Positions 1 to 14,928 of a stretch of DNA of 64,000 nt are shown in pieces. Source of the stretch: the human T2T-CHM13v2.0 reference genome, Homo sapiens; assembly GCF_009914755.1 (NCBI RefSeq), contig NC_060947.1; one strand, written 5' to 3'. Position numbers and translations under genes: made by a program. How positions within the stretch are numbered: the stretch's first letter is position 1; every line of letters starts with the position of its first letter. The notes below the pieces were generated by a model, which was not told the DNA's origin, made no database searches, and saw only the letters and a list, made by a program, of their open reading frames with translations.

Positions 1-200
1 TAGGACTCACAAAAAGTAGATAGATGTTTTCCCTCTGCCTATAAATTTTACACTGGAGCTAAAATAACCTAAAGGGACCCTGAAAAAAAGAAAAAATGCT
101 GACACTTCAAAGCACTGTTATCCACATATGACTCTTAAGTCCAAAACACCATTGCAAATGTAATTCACAATATTTTATAGTCATTTACTTCTCCCCAAGT

Positions 201-386
201 TAGAGTTGCCAGATAAAATAGAGGACACCCAGTTAAATTTGAATTTTGGATAAACAATGAATAATTTTTAGTCTAAGTATGTCTCATGTACTATTTAGAA
301 CATACAGTAAAATATATATTTGTTGTTATCTGAAATTCTTATTTAACTGTTTGTCCGTGTTTATTTAACTGAATCTGACAATCCTA
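201..386. mobile_element. MER53 palindromic hAT-type MITE
   Basis: TAGAGTTGCCAGATAAAATA..GGACACCCAGTTAAATTTGAATTT on the left is mirrored by ATCTGAAATTCTTATTTAACTG..TCTGACAATCCTA on the right. Matches the remembered MER53 consensus. Confidence 0.8.
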
Positions 387-529
387 ATCCAAGTTGAATT
401 TGTAAGTTTTTATTTGGAAATAAGGTTGACACAATCCATAGACAATTAAAAACAAAGCAAAAATGAGAGGGGCTCCCAGGAACCCATTAAGAAGTTTACA
501 GTGTCTTTTACCTGGTAGACATTCTTATG

Positions 530-835
530 CCAAAGTTTGCCCTGGCTAAACTAGTTCCTTCTTGTCATTCAGACATCACCTTAAATGTTACTGTTGAGCA
601 AGATCTTCCCACACCACCCACTCTTAAGTGGTTCCCAAGGCTCCTTTATCTCCTTTTTACATTTTATTTTCTAATGGCACTACTTGATATTTTTATATTT
701 TTTTGTCTGTTTGTTGCCTGTCCCCCTACTATAATGAAAACTTCTTTATGAAGGCAGTAAACCTGTCTGTAACGTTCTTTATTATACCTAGAAGTTTGCC
801 TGACACATACTTTAAATATGGACTCAATACATTTT
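530..835 (+). mobile_element. L2 LINE 3' fragment
   Basis: Degenerate L2 3'-end motifs (GAAGGCAG..CTGTCTG, GCCTGACACATA, CTCAATACATTTTT). Confidence 0.55.
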
Positions 836-854
836 TGCAGCCTAAAGGCAATAT

Positions 855-1250
855 AGGGAATTGGTTTTAGAACATAAGTTTTGGAAATCAGGTTAAAATT
901 CTGGCTCTCTCTGTGATCTTGGGCTCCTAATCAACTTAGGCAAGTACCTTAACTTCACTAAGACCAGTTTATTCATATGAAAAATGAGGATAAAAAATAG
1001 AACCAACCTCTTAAGGTTATGAGGATTCAATGAGATCAGAGTCATGTGAGCATTGTAGTCAGGACCCAGGGACAGGTAGGTGCAGATCCACCTCTCACCA
1101 TCACCACTCAGGAAACTTCCTACATCTCAGTTTCTCGATCTGTATTTTACATCTCTTACCATCTCATACAGTAGGAAAGGATATTAAATGGTATGATGTA
1201 CATACAGCACTCAGCACCGGGCCTGGCATGTGATAACTTTGATAAGTATA
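855..1250 (+). mobile_element. Two MIR SINE fragments
   Basis: MIR core motifs GGCAAGTACCTTAACTTC, AAAATGAGGATAA, GAGGATTCAATGAGAT and CTCAGTTTCTCGATCTGTA. Confidence 0.6.
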
Positions 1251-1378
1251 TTCAGTTAACACTTTTGAAATATAAGACCTGCACTTTTGATATAGGCTAG
1301 GAACACATGTACAGTGTGGTTGAAGTGTAAGAACAAGGACCTGAGAGACCACAAAACTACCTTTTAAGAGTAGAGTCA

Positions 1379-3759
1379 TCCAGATTCACCCATGTTGTCA
1401 CAAATGACAGGATTTCCTTTTTTAAGGCTGAATACTATTCCATTGGATATATACACCACATTTTCTCTATCCATTCATCCATTGATGGACACTTAGGTTG
1501 ATTCCATATCTTAGCTATTGTAAATAATGCTGCAGTGAACATGGAAGTGCAGATATCCCTGCACCAGATTGGTTTCAGTTCCTTTGGATACATACTAGGA
1601 AATGGGACTGCTGGATCATATGGGAGTTCTAGTTTTAGTTTTTTGAGGAATCTCTATATCATTTTTTATAAAGGCTGTACTAATTTAGATTCCCACCAAC
1701 AATGCACAGGAGATCCCCCCCTCTCTGCATTCCTGTCAACACTTATCTTTCATTTTTTTAAAAATAAAAGCCACTCTAATAGGTGTGTGGTGATATCTCA
1801 TTGTGGTTTAATTTGCATTGCCCTAATGATTAATGATACTCAGCATTTTTTCATGAACTTGATGATTTGTATGTCTTCTTTGGAAAAATGCCTGTTCAGG
1901 TCCTTTGCCCATTTTTTAATCAGGTTGTTTTCTTTCTCTTTAGTTGTTTGAGTTCCTTATATATTTTGGATATTAATCCCTTAACAGATGTATGGTTTAC
2001 AAATATTTTGTCCCATTCTGTGGATTGTCTCTTCACTTTATTAATTGTTTCTTTTGCTGTGCAGAAGCTTTGATGCAATTTGATTTGTCTATGTTTGTTT
2101 CTATCACTTGTGTTTTCAGGGTCATATGTGAACAATTACAAGACTCATGTCATAGAGCTTGATATGGTTTGGCTGTGTCCCCACCCAAATCTCATATTGG
2201 ATTGTAGCTCCCATAATTCCCACATGTTGTGGGAGGGACTGGTGGGAGATAATTGAATCACAGGGGCAGTTTCCCCCATACTGTTCTTATGGTACTGAAT
2301 AAGTCTCACGAGATCTGATGGTTTTATAAGGGAAAAGCCCTGTTGCTTGGTTCTCATTCTCTCTCTTGCCTGCCACCATGTGAGGCATGCCTTTTGCCTT
2401 GTGCAATGATTGTGAGGCCTCCCTAGCCATTGGAACTGTGAGTCCATTAAACCTCTTTTTCTTTATAAATTTCCCAGTCTCGGGTATGTCTTTATCAGCA
2501 GCGTGAAAAAGGACTAAGACAGAGCTTTTTCCCTATGTTTTCTTTTAGTAGTGTTACAGCTTCAGAGCTTATATTTAAGTCTTTAATCCATTTTGAGTTG
2601 ATTTTTATATGGTGTGAGACAAGGGTCCAATTTTATTTTTCTGCATGTGGATATCCAGTTTTCTCAACACCATTTGCTGAAGAGACTGTCCTTTCCCCAT
2701 TATGTGTTCTTGGCACCTCTGTCAAAAAGCAATTGACCATAAATGCATGGGTTCATTTCTGGGCTTTCCTTACTGTTTTGTTGGTTAATGTGTCTGTTTT
2801 TATGACAGTACCGTGTGGTTTTTATTAAAATGTCTTTATAATATGTTTTAAAATCAAGGAGTGTGATGCTGCCAGCTTTCTTCCTTTTGTTCAAGATTGC
2901 TTTATCTATGTGGGTTCTTTGTGGTTCCCTACAAACTTAAGGATTGTATTTTTGATTTATGTGAAAAATGACATTGGAATTTTGATAGGGGTTGCATTGA
3001 ATCTGTAGATCACTTTGGGTGGTGTGGACATTTTTACATTAATTCTTTCAATCCATGAACATGGGATATCATTCCATTTATTTGTGTCTTCTTTATTTTC
3101 TTTCATCAGTGTTTTATAGTTTTCAGTAAACAGGTCTTTTACCTTCTTGATACAATTTATACCTAAGTAATTTTTTGTTGCTGTTGCAAATGTGATTATT
3201 TTCTTAATTTTCTTTTCAGATAGTTCATTATTAGTATATTAGAAATGTTACTGATTTATGTATGTCGATTTCATTTTCTGCAATTTTACTGAATTCCCTT
3301 ACCAGTTCTAACAGTTTTTTGGTGGACATTATGCTAAGTAAAATAACCCAGGCACAGAAAGACAAATACTACATGATCTCACTTATATGTGGACTCTAAA
3401 AAAGTTGAACTCATAGAAGTAGAGAGTAGAATGATGATTACCAGAGGATGGGGGATGGGAAGGAAGGCAATGGGGAGTTGTTGATCAAAGGGTACAAAGT
3501 TTCAGGTAGACAGGGAGAATAGGTTTTGAGATCTATTATACAGCAGAATGATTATAGTCAATAATAATATATATCTCAAAATAACTTAGAGAAGAAATGT
3601 CAAATGTCTCTCCATAAAAAAGATAGGTAAGTAAGGTGATGGATATGTTCATTAGCTTGATTTAATCATTGCACATTGTATACATATATCAAAACATCAT
3701 GCTGTACTCCATAAATGTATACAATTATAATTTATCAATCAAAAATAATAATTTTTAAA
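1379..3759. mobile_element. L1MA-type LINE-1, 5'-truncated and internally inverted (about 1379-3322 minus, 3323-3759 plus)
   Basis: ORF2 remnants on the minus strand ([25 protein letters not shown]) and an L1 3'UTR on the plus strand. Flanked by 13-bp TSD AAGAGTAGAGTCA at 1366-1378 and 3760-3772. Confidence 0.9.
2160..2521 (+). mobile_element. THE1-family MaLR solo LTR inserted in the L1
   Basis: TGATATGGTTTGGCTGTGTCCCCACCCAAATCTCA...GGACTAAGACA with TG..CA ends and 5-bp TSD GAGCT (2155-2159, 2522-2526). Confidence 0.92.
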
Positions 3760-4617
3760 AAGAGTAGAGTCAGAGAAAACCAGGGTTCCAACCCAGTTCT
3801 GCACTATCTGTCATCTCAAGGATTGATTTCCTCAACTATAAATGATAATAATAAAAGCTACCTTAGAATTTTGTTGTATTAAATGAGATAATGCATGAAC
3901 ATTTTCCTCTAGCTCACCAAAGCTCCTGGCACAGTGCTTGAAAAATATTTCTTGACCAATACATGATATGGTACTTAGTATTCTATCTAATACCTAGTAA
4001 GCACTCAGTTAACATTCACCATAGTTTCTGATATTATTATTGTCATTCTTGTGGAGATTGAGAAAAGTAAAAGTGAAAATTACCATTTGTGATTGACAGA
4101 TCAAGGGGAAGCGGTATACTCTTGGCTATAGAGATAATACTCTTTCAGGAATACCCAGCTTCAGAGAGCAGACATTGCTCAGATTACTCTACATCTGATT
4201 CATCCTAAACTTCTCTAGGCTGCGAGAGATCAAACCACGGTATAAACACAAGGATCTGGAATAGGAGAGATGATATTTCTCTAAAACTAGCCAATACTAT
4301 ACTTATGACTGGAAAATTCAGTCGTGGCTACCACTGTAGCATCTCATTTCAACTCTGTGACCCACTAGTCCTGGAATGAGGCCTAATTATGCAGTGTTTG
4401 TGTGTCTAGATCAGTCTGATCTCTGTTGACTTTCATTTATACCCTCCTCCAATAAATAAATAAATATTAGTTCAGAACTGTTCTCTTACCATTTTCTTGA
4501 GAAAACACATTTTAACTGTAACCCTGCAAAGCTGAAACCTAATTCACTTTCTCTAGGTCCCTAAGCAGACTGTCGCTAATGTTTATCCATTTCTTTCTTT
4601 CTTTGTTGTGTCATCAG

Positions 4618-4677
4618 GCTGTCATGGTGTCCCTGCTGACAGATTACTCACCTCAGCTCCAGAAGCCTAAATTTTGA
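4618..4677 (+). CDS. OTC: OTC terminal coding exon (exon 10), ornithine transcarbamylase C-terminus
   Basis: After the acceptor AG: GCT GTC ATG GTG TCC CTG CTG ACA GAT TAC TCA CCT CAG CTC CAG AAG CCT AAA TTT TGA = AVMVSLLTDYSPQLQKPKF*, which I recognise as the human OTC C-terminus. Confidence 0.97.
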   Translation, partial: AVMVSLLTDYSPQLQKPKF

Positions 4678-5045
4678 TGTTGTGTTACTTGTCAAGAAAG
4701 AAGCAATGTTCTTCAGTAACAGAATGAGTTGGTTTATGGGGAAAAGAGAAGAGAATCTAAAAAATAAACAAATCCCTAACACGTGGTATGGGTGAACCGT
4801 ATGATATGCTTTGCCATTGTGAAACTTTCCTTAAGCCTTTAATTTAAGTGCTGATGCACTGTAATACGTGCTTAACTTTGCTTAAACTCTCTAATTCCCA
4901 ATTTCTGAGTTACATTTAGATATCATATTAATTATCATATACATTTACTTCAACATAAAATACTGTGTTCATAATGTATAATGTCTAAGCCATTAAGTGT
5001 AATCTATGCTTATTACCTAAATAAATTATCACCCATGCTAATTTA
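4678..5045 (+). other. OTC: OTC 3' UTR (end approximate)
   Basis: Non-repetitive AT-rich sequence after the stop codon, with AATAAA at 4763-4768 and 5020-5025. Confidence 0.85.
5020..5025 (+). terminator. OTC: Poly(A) signal AATAAA, likely the main OTC site
   Basis: Canonical hexamer about 345 nt after the stop, with upstream TGTA motifs (CFIm-type) and a GT-rich stretch downstream. Confidence 0.75.
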
Positions 5046-6685
5046 TAAGTAAACATTTACCAGGCAGTCAGCTACTGGTAAATCTGTGGGCTGTGTTCCT
5101 GTCCCCCAGGACCAACTAGAAAGCCAAATGATTCATCTTGCAGATGTGGTACAATTTTCAGGCCAATGAGGTAGACAGGCATTCATTTATGGAGGCAAAT
5201 AACGAAATTCTTAAAATATAGCTATTACTGTGCCCAAACTCCAAAGTTTTTTCCAATAACTTGTGAGAATGTGGTAGTGGGGAATCCTCCAAGAGCATGT
5301 ATCTCTTCTCTGTAATGAGTACTTACTGTTACAAGCCATAAGAAGCTTTTGTTAGCAAGTGGTAAAAGCATGGATACCTAGAGTAGCATTTTCTTAGGTT
5401 CAAATTCTCCAACAAGAATAATTTAATTTTTTTCACATCTGTGCTTATCATGCATCTACTCACACCATATGCTGAATATTTCCATAAATCTACTACTTGC
5501 AACATTTTAGCCAATCTTTTTCCTCTAATTTTTCTTTGGGGTAATAAAAATTTACATTATTGAATTATTATAATGTAATTACAACTAGATTTCTCTTGCG
5601 GGTGACTAACATTTGTATTGTTGAATTATTATGATATAATTTGAATTTTTTAGTTAAAATGTTAAATAACATAAGTGAAGTTTTTTTAAAAAATTATACA
5701 TTTTACAGAAGACAAAATAATGTAATTTCCTTTACATTCTACATTTACTATTAGAAAAATGTTTCCAGGCTGGTTGACTGATATTCTTCAGCACACAGCT
5801 CTGACTTAAATGAGTAAGCAAGGGATGAATTACAAATTAGATTTGCAATGAAGGTGCAATAAAACATTTTTTGTGGGGGAAAGAGGCTCATAATGTTACA
5901 GAAAAAAACATCAAATTTTCCAGTAAATGTCAAAGGTGACTTTTGTGTCCATAGTAATTTATTGGAAGCACTTAGAAAGAGAGTGGAGTTTAGTGGAATA
6001 TCTTTCAGCAGAGAGTAGAACAAGGTGTCATATGGATTGTGGAAGGCTCACCCTCAAATTGCCTACATAGAAAGAAGTGTTCTTCCACTTGCCAAATGGT
6101 CTGCCATAGTAACGAGCTCCCATCTCATTCCTGGTTATTCTTTGAACTAAATGGATGGTATAGTCTTCTTCCCTCACTTGGAAAGAACTTGTAATAATTT
6201 TCTTGCCAAAATATAGTCATTTTTTCCTCAAAAAGCTCTATAGCTTTCTTTATTGTGTACATACAATTTAACCTCATTCTCAGCCCAATTCTGTAGGAAT
6301 GTATTTGCTTTCTTAACTTTTCATCTTAATCAGACATTATTTATATTGTCAGGAAAAAAGAAAATAGGGGAGGAAAATTCACCCTTAACTTTTGCAAAGC
6401 TGTTTTCATCTCCTCTTTCTTCTTACCCCTTTTCCTATATAGCTATTACAACTCCGAAGTTTAACGAAAATTCTAGAAATGACGCTTGCATCTTTGGTGT
6501 ACATAATAAATCCTGTCACCTAATATAACTAGCCAAAGAGCTCTTTTCTTCCAGGATTTCTCCACAATAACATTGGGAGTAGACACCACAAGTGATTACA
6601 CTGCAATGATTTCAATGTCATCAGTTTTTGTTTTTGTTTTCAGTGATAAGTTTCCAGGTACTTTAGAAAAGTAATTCAGTGTCTG

Positions 6686-7318
<633 letters not shown>

Positions 7319-8775
7319 TCAATATCAGATATTTCTATCTGGATATTGTGCTAATTACTTGACTTTGGTAATGTCCCTGGGTAGAAAGATCTCCACAGAG
7401 AATCAGCATGGCAATGCCATTGTAGATCTCCTATACAAGTGACCCTAGAACCTCAGTTAAAATGTCAGAGGCCCCTTGGTCCAGTGCCAAAGTTCCATAG
7501 CAAGTCTTCTCATGTGATAAAGATGAGTGAGGACTGCATATGAAAAAAGTATTCAGAACACATTCCTTTTGAGCCTTTTTGTCTTGGAAGCTCTCATCGA
7601 TGTCTTACATGGAGATGATTGAGGCATATCTGAGACATGGTACCGCTCGGCAATTTTGTAGGGTTGATATCCTTTGACAAATATAAAGGACATATTAAAT
7701 AACAGAAAACCACTCAAGTCACAATGATCAGACTCCTATAACCAAGAATGCCACATACTGCCTTGCAGGTTGTGGTTTGTGTAAAGGTCTCAGGTGAAAG
7801 AAATGAATAAAGGTTGAGACCCAGTCTGCACTTCAGTTACCAAGTCTTGTGTAGCCAGGAGGAAGGAAAACCTTTTTTGTATGTTGTCCATGGAGAGGGG
7901 GCACTTTTTAGTATTTCATATACCCGAATAGGTGCTTTGCTTTAAACCATACAAAGGATCAGTGTCTAGTAGGGGAGACCCTGCCATCAACAACTTACAT
8001 TTCAGTATCACCTTGTACTTGAGGGCAATGAGACACATGCAATGCACTGATAGTTTTGGTGTCTTGCCTCAGTTTCTGCTAGGTTCCTTAAGATGCCATA
8101 GTGAAAATGATAGTGTCTGTCCATTTTGTGTGGCAAACACGTGACACGAATCATTGAAACAAGTATTTGAGAATCAACCCTGTAGTTATTTAATATTTTA
8201 AAGAAATTCTTCCCTAATAATTATTCAGAAAAATTAAAATCATTCATTGATAAAAGAATCATGGTCAGATAAAATGGAATTGAATTCCCTGACATGTGCT
8301 AAAACATTTCACAGTCTTATTAATGCCTCACTTATGTCCATGACAGTAGACTTAGTCTCTAATACACACTTTTGTGAAACTCATCCCCAGAGAAAATGCA
8401 AGCACGACTGCCTTCTGGAGCAAAATCATTAGGCAAATGAATTTTCAAACTGGAACAGAGTTTTAAAAAATCCAGTCTATCCCTTCATTTCACAAGAGAA
8501 AAAAAACTAGGAAATAACAACAGTGTTCCTAGTATAGAAATATATTCAATAGAGAGGGATAATTCATGTGTTAAATGCCCCTCTGCAAATGATCTGGGAT
8601 CCTACACATATAGCTGCTTGATTTGATTTACCCATAGGCTGAATGGGGAACGGGAAGCTGGCTGGTCCAGGGATATGGCTCTATAAGGCCGAGGGATAGA
8701 GAGGAAAATTCACACCTTAGGCAGAGGTGGACACTGATATCCAGAGATACAAACAGAAACCTAAAATTACATCCA

Positions 8776-9252
8776 TGTAGTAGATGCTGGTGATGCCCCA
8801 TCCAGATGCCTTTCACCTGGGTTCGTCCATCCCCCAGCTGCTGACAGGGTTGCGTGCTGATGTCTCACAGCTGCCTCTTTCTTTGAAGTGCTGCTCTCAG
8901 CCACCAGGAACTACTGTTAGCCCAGGATGTCAGACTCTCACCCTAACCTGGCCACTAGTAGCCTACAGTCAATGAGTGACTGATATAGGGATATAAAAAC
9001 TTGGCTCCCTTCCCTCCAGGCAGGACCAGGTGTGTGGGTGAAATTTCAGCCCCAGAACTCCACGTGGGTGGGATCAGGCTGAAACTAGTAACCATTTGAG
9101 ACCACGTCCTTGCTTAGCTTCCCTCCACACACCCGCCCCACCCCTCTCTGACACCTCAACCTGATTCCCTTCTGCTGAGAGTGTGTCCTCAATAAATCAC
9201 TGGCACAAGAATCCCCATCTCAGGCTACGTTTTAGGGAATAAAATCTAAGAT
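8776..9252 (+). mobile_element. LTR16C-like ERVL solo LTR
   Basis: TGTAGTAGATGCTGGTGATGCCCCATCCAGAT start, TATAAAA box, GGATCAGGCTGA motif and AATAAATCACT..CCCCATCTCAGGCT end. Confidence 0.7.
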
Positions 9253-9667
9253 GATCCATGAATAAGATTTTTTGTGGGTCTGTACTGCTCATCCTTCAGG
9301 CGTCAAGGAGGAGTAGAGAGCTAAGAGGCTATTAGACAAATGTGGAAGAGCTCATGTTCAGCAAGCAAAAACTTTTCCAGTTACCAGGATCAACCTTTTG
9401 TAGAAGACAGCAGAATATTAAAAATAACAAATACTATTTTTCTGTCACATACTCAAATTCAAAACAGGAAATTTATTACCTGCATGGAATAGGAATGAGA
9501 CCAATTTACTTTCCCCAGAGAAGAGGAGATTTAAGTTAACTGCCACAATATTTCTGATTAATTTCTGTGGCATTTTAGTACCCTTATAGATTGGCAACCC
9601 CAGTAGCTGTTCAGTTGGTCTGCTCCTTGCCCTAGCTTCCTGAGGCTGTGTTGGCATACTTTAGTGC

Positions 9668-9885
9668 AAGAGTGTCCAATCTTTTGGCTTCTCTGGGCCA
9701 CATTGGAAGAATTATCTTGGGCCACACATAAAATACACTAATACTAATGGTAACTGAGGAGCTAACAATAAAAAATTGCAAAAAAATCTCATAATGTTTT
9801 AAGAAAGTTTACGAATTTGTGTTGGGCTGCATTCAAAGCTGTCCTGGGCCGCATGCAGCCCATGGGCCACGGGTTGGACAAGCAC
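9668..9885 (+). mobile_element. MER30 hAT-Charlie element
   Basis: GTGTCCAATCTTTTGGCTTCTCTGGGCCACATTGGAAGA...GGGTTGGACAAGC. Confidence 0.85.
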
Positions 9886-9896
9886 AAGCTTGTTTT

Positions 9897-10080
9897 CGTG
9901 GTTCTCCAACTTAAGTGTGCATCAGAATCCCCTGGAGGGCTTGATAATACACAGATTACTGGGCCCCACCTGCAAAGTATCTGATTTAGCAGATTTGAAG
10001 TGAGGCCTAAGAATCTGTACTTTAACAAGTTCTTGGGGATGCTGATGCTGCTGGTCCAGGGACCACACTGAGATCACTGG
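9897..10080. mobile_element. MER5A hAT-Charlie MITE
   Basis: GTGGTTCTC..GCATCAGAATCCCCTGGAGGGCTTG..GATGCTGATGCTGCTGGTCC..ACCACACTGAG. Confidence 0.85.
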
Positions 10081-10841
10081 TCTGAGACAATTCTGAAGGC
10101 TTATATGAAGGGTTTTCACCCCCATATCTGTAAAATACCACTATAAAGTATGTGACACAACCCAGATTGTCTGACTATTGCTCTTTCTTTGGAGTCACTG
10201 AGGCCTGAGTTTCATCCTTCCTCTACTGTGTAACAGTTATCCAACCCTGCTCTTCTGATCTGTAAAATGAGAGTAATGCTCATCTCATGGAGTTGTTGGG
10301 AGAATTAAATGCAGTGACATATATAATAGTATTTGGCTTAGAGCAAATGCTCAACAAATATTAGCCCCCTTTTATTTTTTCAATTGTTTTTAACACTATT
10401 TTTTCTTTAGCCCTTTGTAAAAATTTATATCCCATCATCAGAAAGATATTGAGTGGAATATTTGGTATAAAAAAAGTACAAGGAATGAGCTTGTCTTCTG
10501 AAATTGGCAGAGCCCAGCAGCTGACACTTTATTTAGTCATTTCTGTCTAGGAGCTGGTTTGTAAATATGCAACTCAGGGGAGTGACTTGGCTCATTGCCA
10601 AATGGAATCATGGAGGCCAACAAGTCTGAAAATCCAATCAAGGTGACTAAATTCTGCTTAGAAAGGCATCACAGGAATATATATTTATGTGAAATAAATC
10701 AGGGGCATTTAGTAATTGCTGGACTTGAGGTCTAGCTGGCAAAAGAGGAAAAAGATTAGGAAGGACTCATCAAGGTTTATTATCCATCTTTGTCTGAGAA
10801 TAGCACTGCTCAAAAGAGGAAGTTTTCACACTGTTCTTAAG

Positions 10842-12471
<1,630 letters not shown>

Positions 12472-12474
12472 TGA

Positions 12475-12770
12475 TTTTTTTTTTTTTTTTGAGACGGAGT
12501 CTTGCTCCGTCTCCCAGACAGGAGTGCAGTGGTGTGATTTTGGCTCACTACAATGTCTGCCTCCCTGGTTCAAGTGATTCTCCTGCCTCAGCCTCCTGAG
12601 TAGCTGGGATTACAGGTGCCTGCCGCCACGCCTGGCTAATTTTTGCATTTTTAGTAGAGACAGGGTTTTGCCATGTTGGCCAGACTGGTCTCGAACTCCT
12701 GACCTCAAGTAATCCACCTGCTTCAGTCTCCCAAAGTGCTGGGATTACAAGCGTGAGCCACCAGGCCCAG
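12475..12770 (-). mobile_element. AluS SINE
   Basis: Full Alu; TSD-like CCCATTCTG / CTCATTCTG. Confidence 0.95.
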
Positions 12771-12924
12771 CTCTCATTCTGGTTTTATCTGTAATATTTA
12801 TTAGCATTCCCTCAAAAAGATTCTGGTAGAAAATAAAAAGTTTATGATTTACTATTATAAAACAAGTCTTGACTGTACTATGAATACAATTTACATTGAA
12901 GTTTTTAAAAAAAATTCTATGCAT

Positions 12925-14180
12925 ACAAAGCTGTCTATTTTTAGAGCCCCAAGTGTGTGCCAAGCATTGTGTTAAGTTCTGGGGATACAGTAATTGACAA
13001 GAAAGACATGATCACTGCCCTCATGGTGCTTATAGTTTAGTAGGGGAGACTGACAACCACATGTAAATAGATATTGTGATAAGAGCTGTGTGGGAAACAA
13101 ATTGGATGCTATAATAGAAAATAAAGGGATGAAAGGAAGGATAAACATTTGGATTGGTAGTTCTCAAACTTTTATGGGTGTCAGAATTAACTGGAGAGCT
13201 AATAAAGAATACAATTGTCCTGGCTTAATCAAAGTAAGGAAAGCCTGGGCCTCTGTATTTTTACCAAATGATTTTCCAAATTTCAAGTAGTACTGCTTTA
13301 AATATAGTTCCCAGAGCAAGCCTCTCAAAGAAGGTGACCTTAAACTGAGTCCTGACTGATGAGAATAATTGGGAAAAACAGGCTTTTCATTGGATTTGGA
13401 TCAGATTTGTCTGAGGTGATGCCAGTGCTTCAGCTGTAGGGCTGAGAAGTTTATTTATATCTTAATTAACCCCTTTCTATTTCTTATTACAAATACATTT
13501 GATCACTTAAGTGAATGACTAGAGGGATTCCTATAACAAACGTGTTTTATGAGCAAGAGTGGTTACACTAGATATTTTGTATTTACTAACCATGTCATGG
13601 AACATCTCTCTGAAAGACTTATCCCATTAACAAGGGACAGATCACATATCCTTACCTTTAAAACCTTTCACTGCAATTGGCTCTTTTTCTGACAATGTCG
13701 TTTTACATAGTCACTGAACGATAAATTCTGAGTTCTCTGAAACTCTCTTCGTTGTCTTGCTGAGAAGTTAACAACCAGCATGACACTTTGAATTAATTCT
13801 CAAAGTGCTTATGCTAATAAGATTGTCTCCCCTCAAGGCTTTTCATTAAATATAATTGTAAAAATTACATTTCTTTAAGGCCAGTAAAAGAAATCAAGGT
13901 ATTTAATTTCTGATTTCCACATAATTAAGTGAATAATGGAGGGGAAGAATATTTCAGCTAGAGGGAATAGTACATAGGTTGGCCCTGAGATGAAAGAGGG
14001 CTTGTCTTCTTCATGGGACTGGAAGAAGAGAGTATAGCTACAGTATGGTGAGCAAGAGAGAGAGGAGCACAAGACACATCTGAAAAGTTCAGCAGGGATC
14101 AGTCCATATTGGCCTTTGAGGCTAAGATAAGAAGTTTGGTTTTTATTTTATGTTCAATGGGAAGCCACTGACACAACGTA
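12925..14180 (-). mobile_element. Scattered L2 fragments with a MER5-like insert (about 13150-13295)
   Basis: TGTGCCAAGCATTGTGTTAAGTTCTGGGGATACAG, CTGCCCTCATGGTGCTTATAGTTTAG and AATGGGAAGCCACTG are L2 motifs. Confidence 0.55.
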
Positions 14181-14497
14181 TCCATCAAAAGTGTTCTGTG
14201 AAGACAACCTTGAGTTTGTACAACACATCTGTTTATAAAATAGGTACCTGGGAGGACAATCAATATTGGCAGAACTAGCTCCAGGATTCTGAGCTCCATT
14301 TTACCGGTTCATGCTTCACTCTATCTCTTCATTTCTCCATTGTTAATTGTTGCCTTCCTCTGCTTCTCTGTATTCACCTCCCTATTAGTCTTTCAATGCA
14401 TTCCATCCTCCTAGTCTTTTTTTCTCCTGGAAGAATTGGAACTTGGGATCCCATCTTAAGTGCAGGATGACCTTGAGAAGGAAAAGAAACTTTTTGT

Positions 14498-14928
14498 CTG
14501 ACGAATGCAAGCCCTCTTCAATTATCAGGCCCAGAGAGGTGTTAAAATGCAACAGCAGTGAAATCTCACTCCCACTTGAGCTAAATAATTACATCTTGAG
14601 GGCACTTGCTATATGGGCTCTAGACTAACTGAAGCCAAGTAGCTATGAAATGCCATATGCTAGACACCATAATTCATAGCCATAGTTTAGCAATGCATAA
14701 CCAACCTCTAACCAATCTTGTTCCGGTAAACCAGTGAGAATTCCTGTCAAACAACTTTGTATCAGAAAACTCTTTGTCCCCTTTTGCCTTTAAAAATCTT
14801 GTAACAAAAAGGCCCAAATGGAGCATTCCCCAAGGCAACTTGGAAGTGTGTCCTGGGCTGCAATCCTCAATCTTTGCCCAAATAAACTCTCTATGTTAAT
14901 TTTGTCTCCTTTTCTTTTTTTAGTTTGA
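14498..14928 (+). mobile_element. Solo LTR (ERV1-class, possibly MER67-like)
   Basis: About 430 bp with CCAAT boxes, TTTAAAA and CCCAAATAAACTCTCT in LTR order. Subfamily uncertain. Confidence 0.55.

Larger units (their letters stand above)
1..4617 (+). other. OTC: 3' part of the last intron (intron 9) of OTC
   Basis: Ends in a branch-point-like GCTAAT (4575-4580), a polypyrimidine tract TTTCTTTCTTTCTTTG and the acceptor CAG (4615-4617), directly before the recognised OTC C-terminal exon. Confidence 0.93.

Noticed and set aside
5541-5735. Imperfect AT-rich inverted repeat downstream of the OTC poly(A) site
   Set aside because: Low complexity and short arms; cannot be told apart from chance or a decayed MITE.
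7700-7985. Possible hAT-Tip100-like relic
   Set aside because: Too degenerate to assign or delimit by eye.
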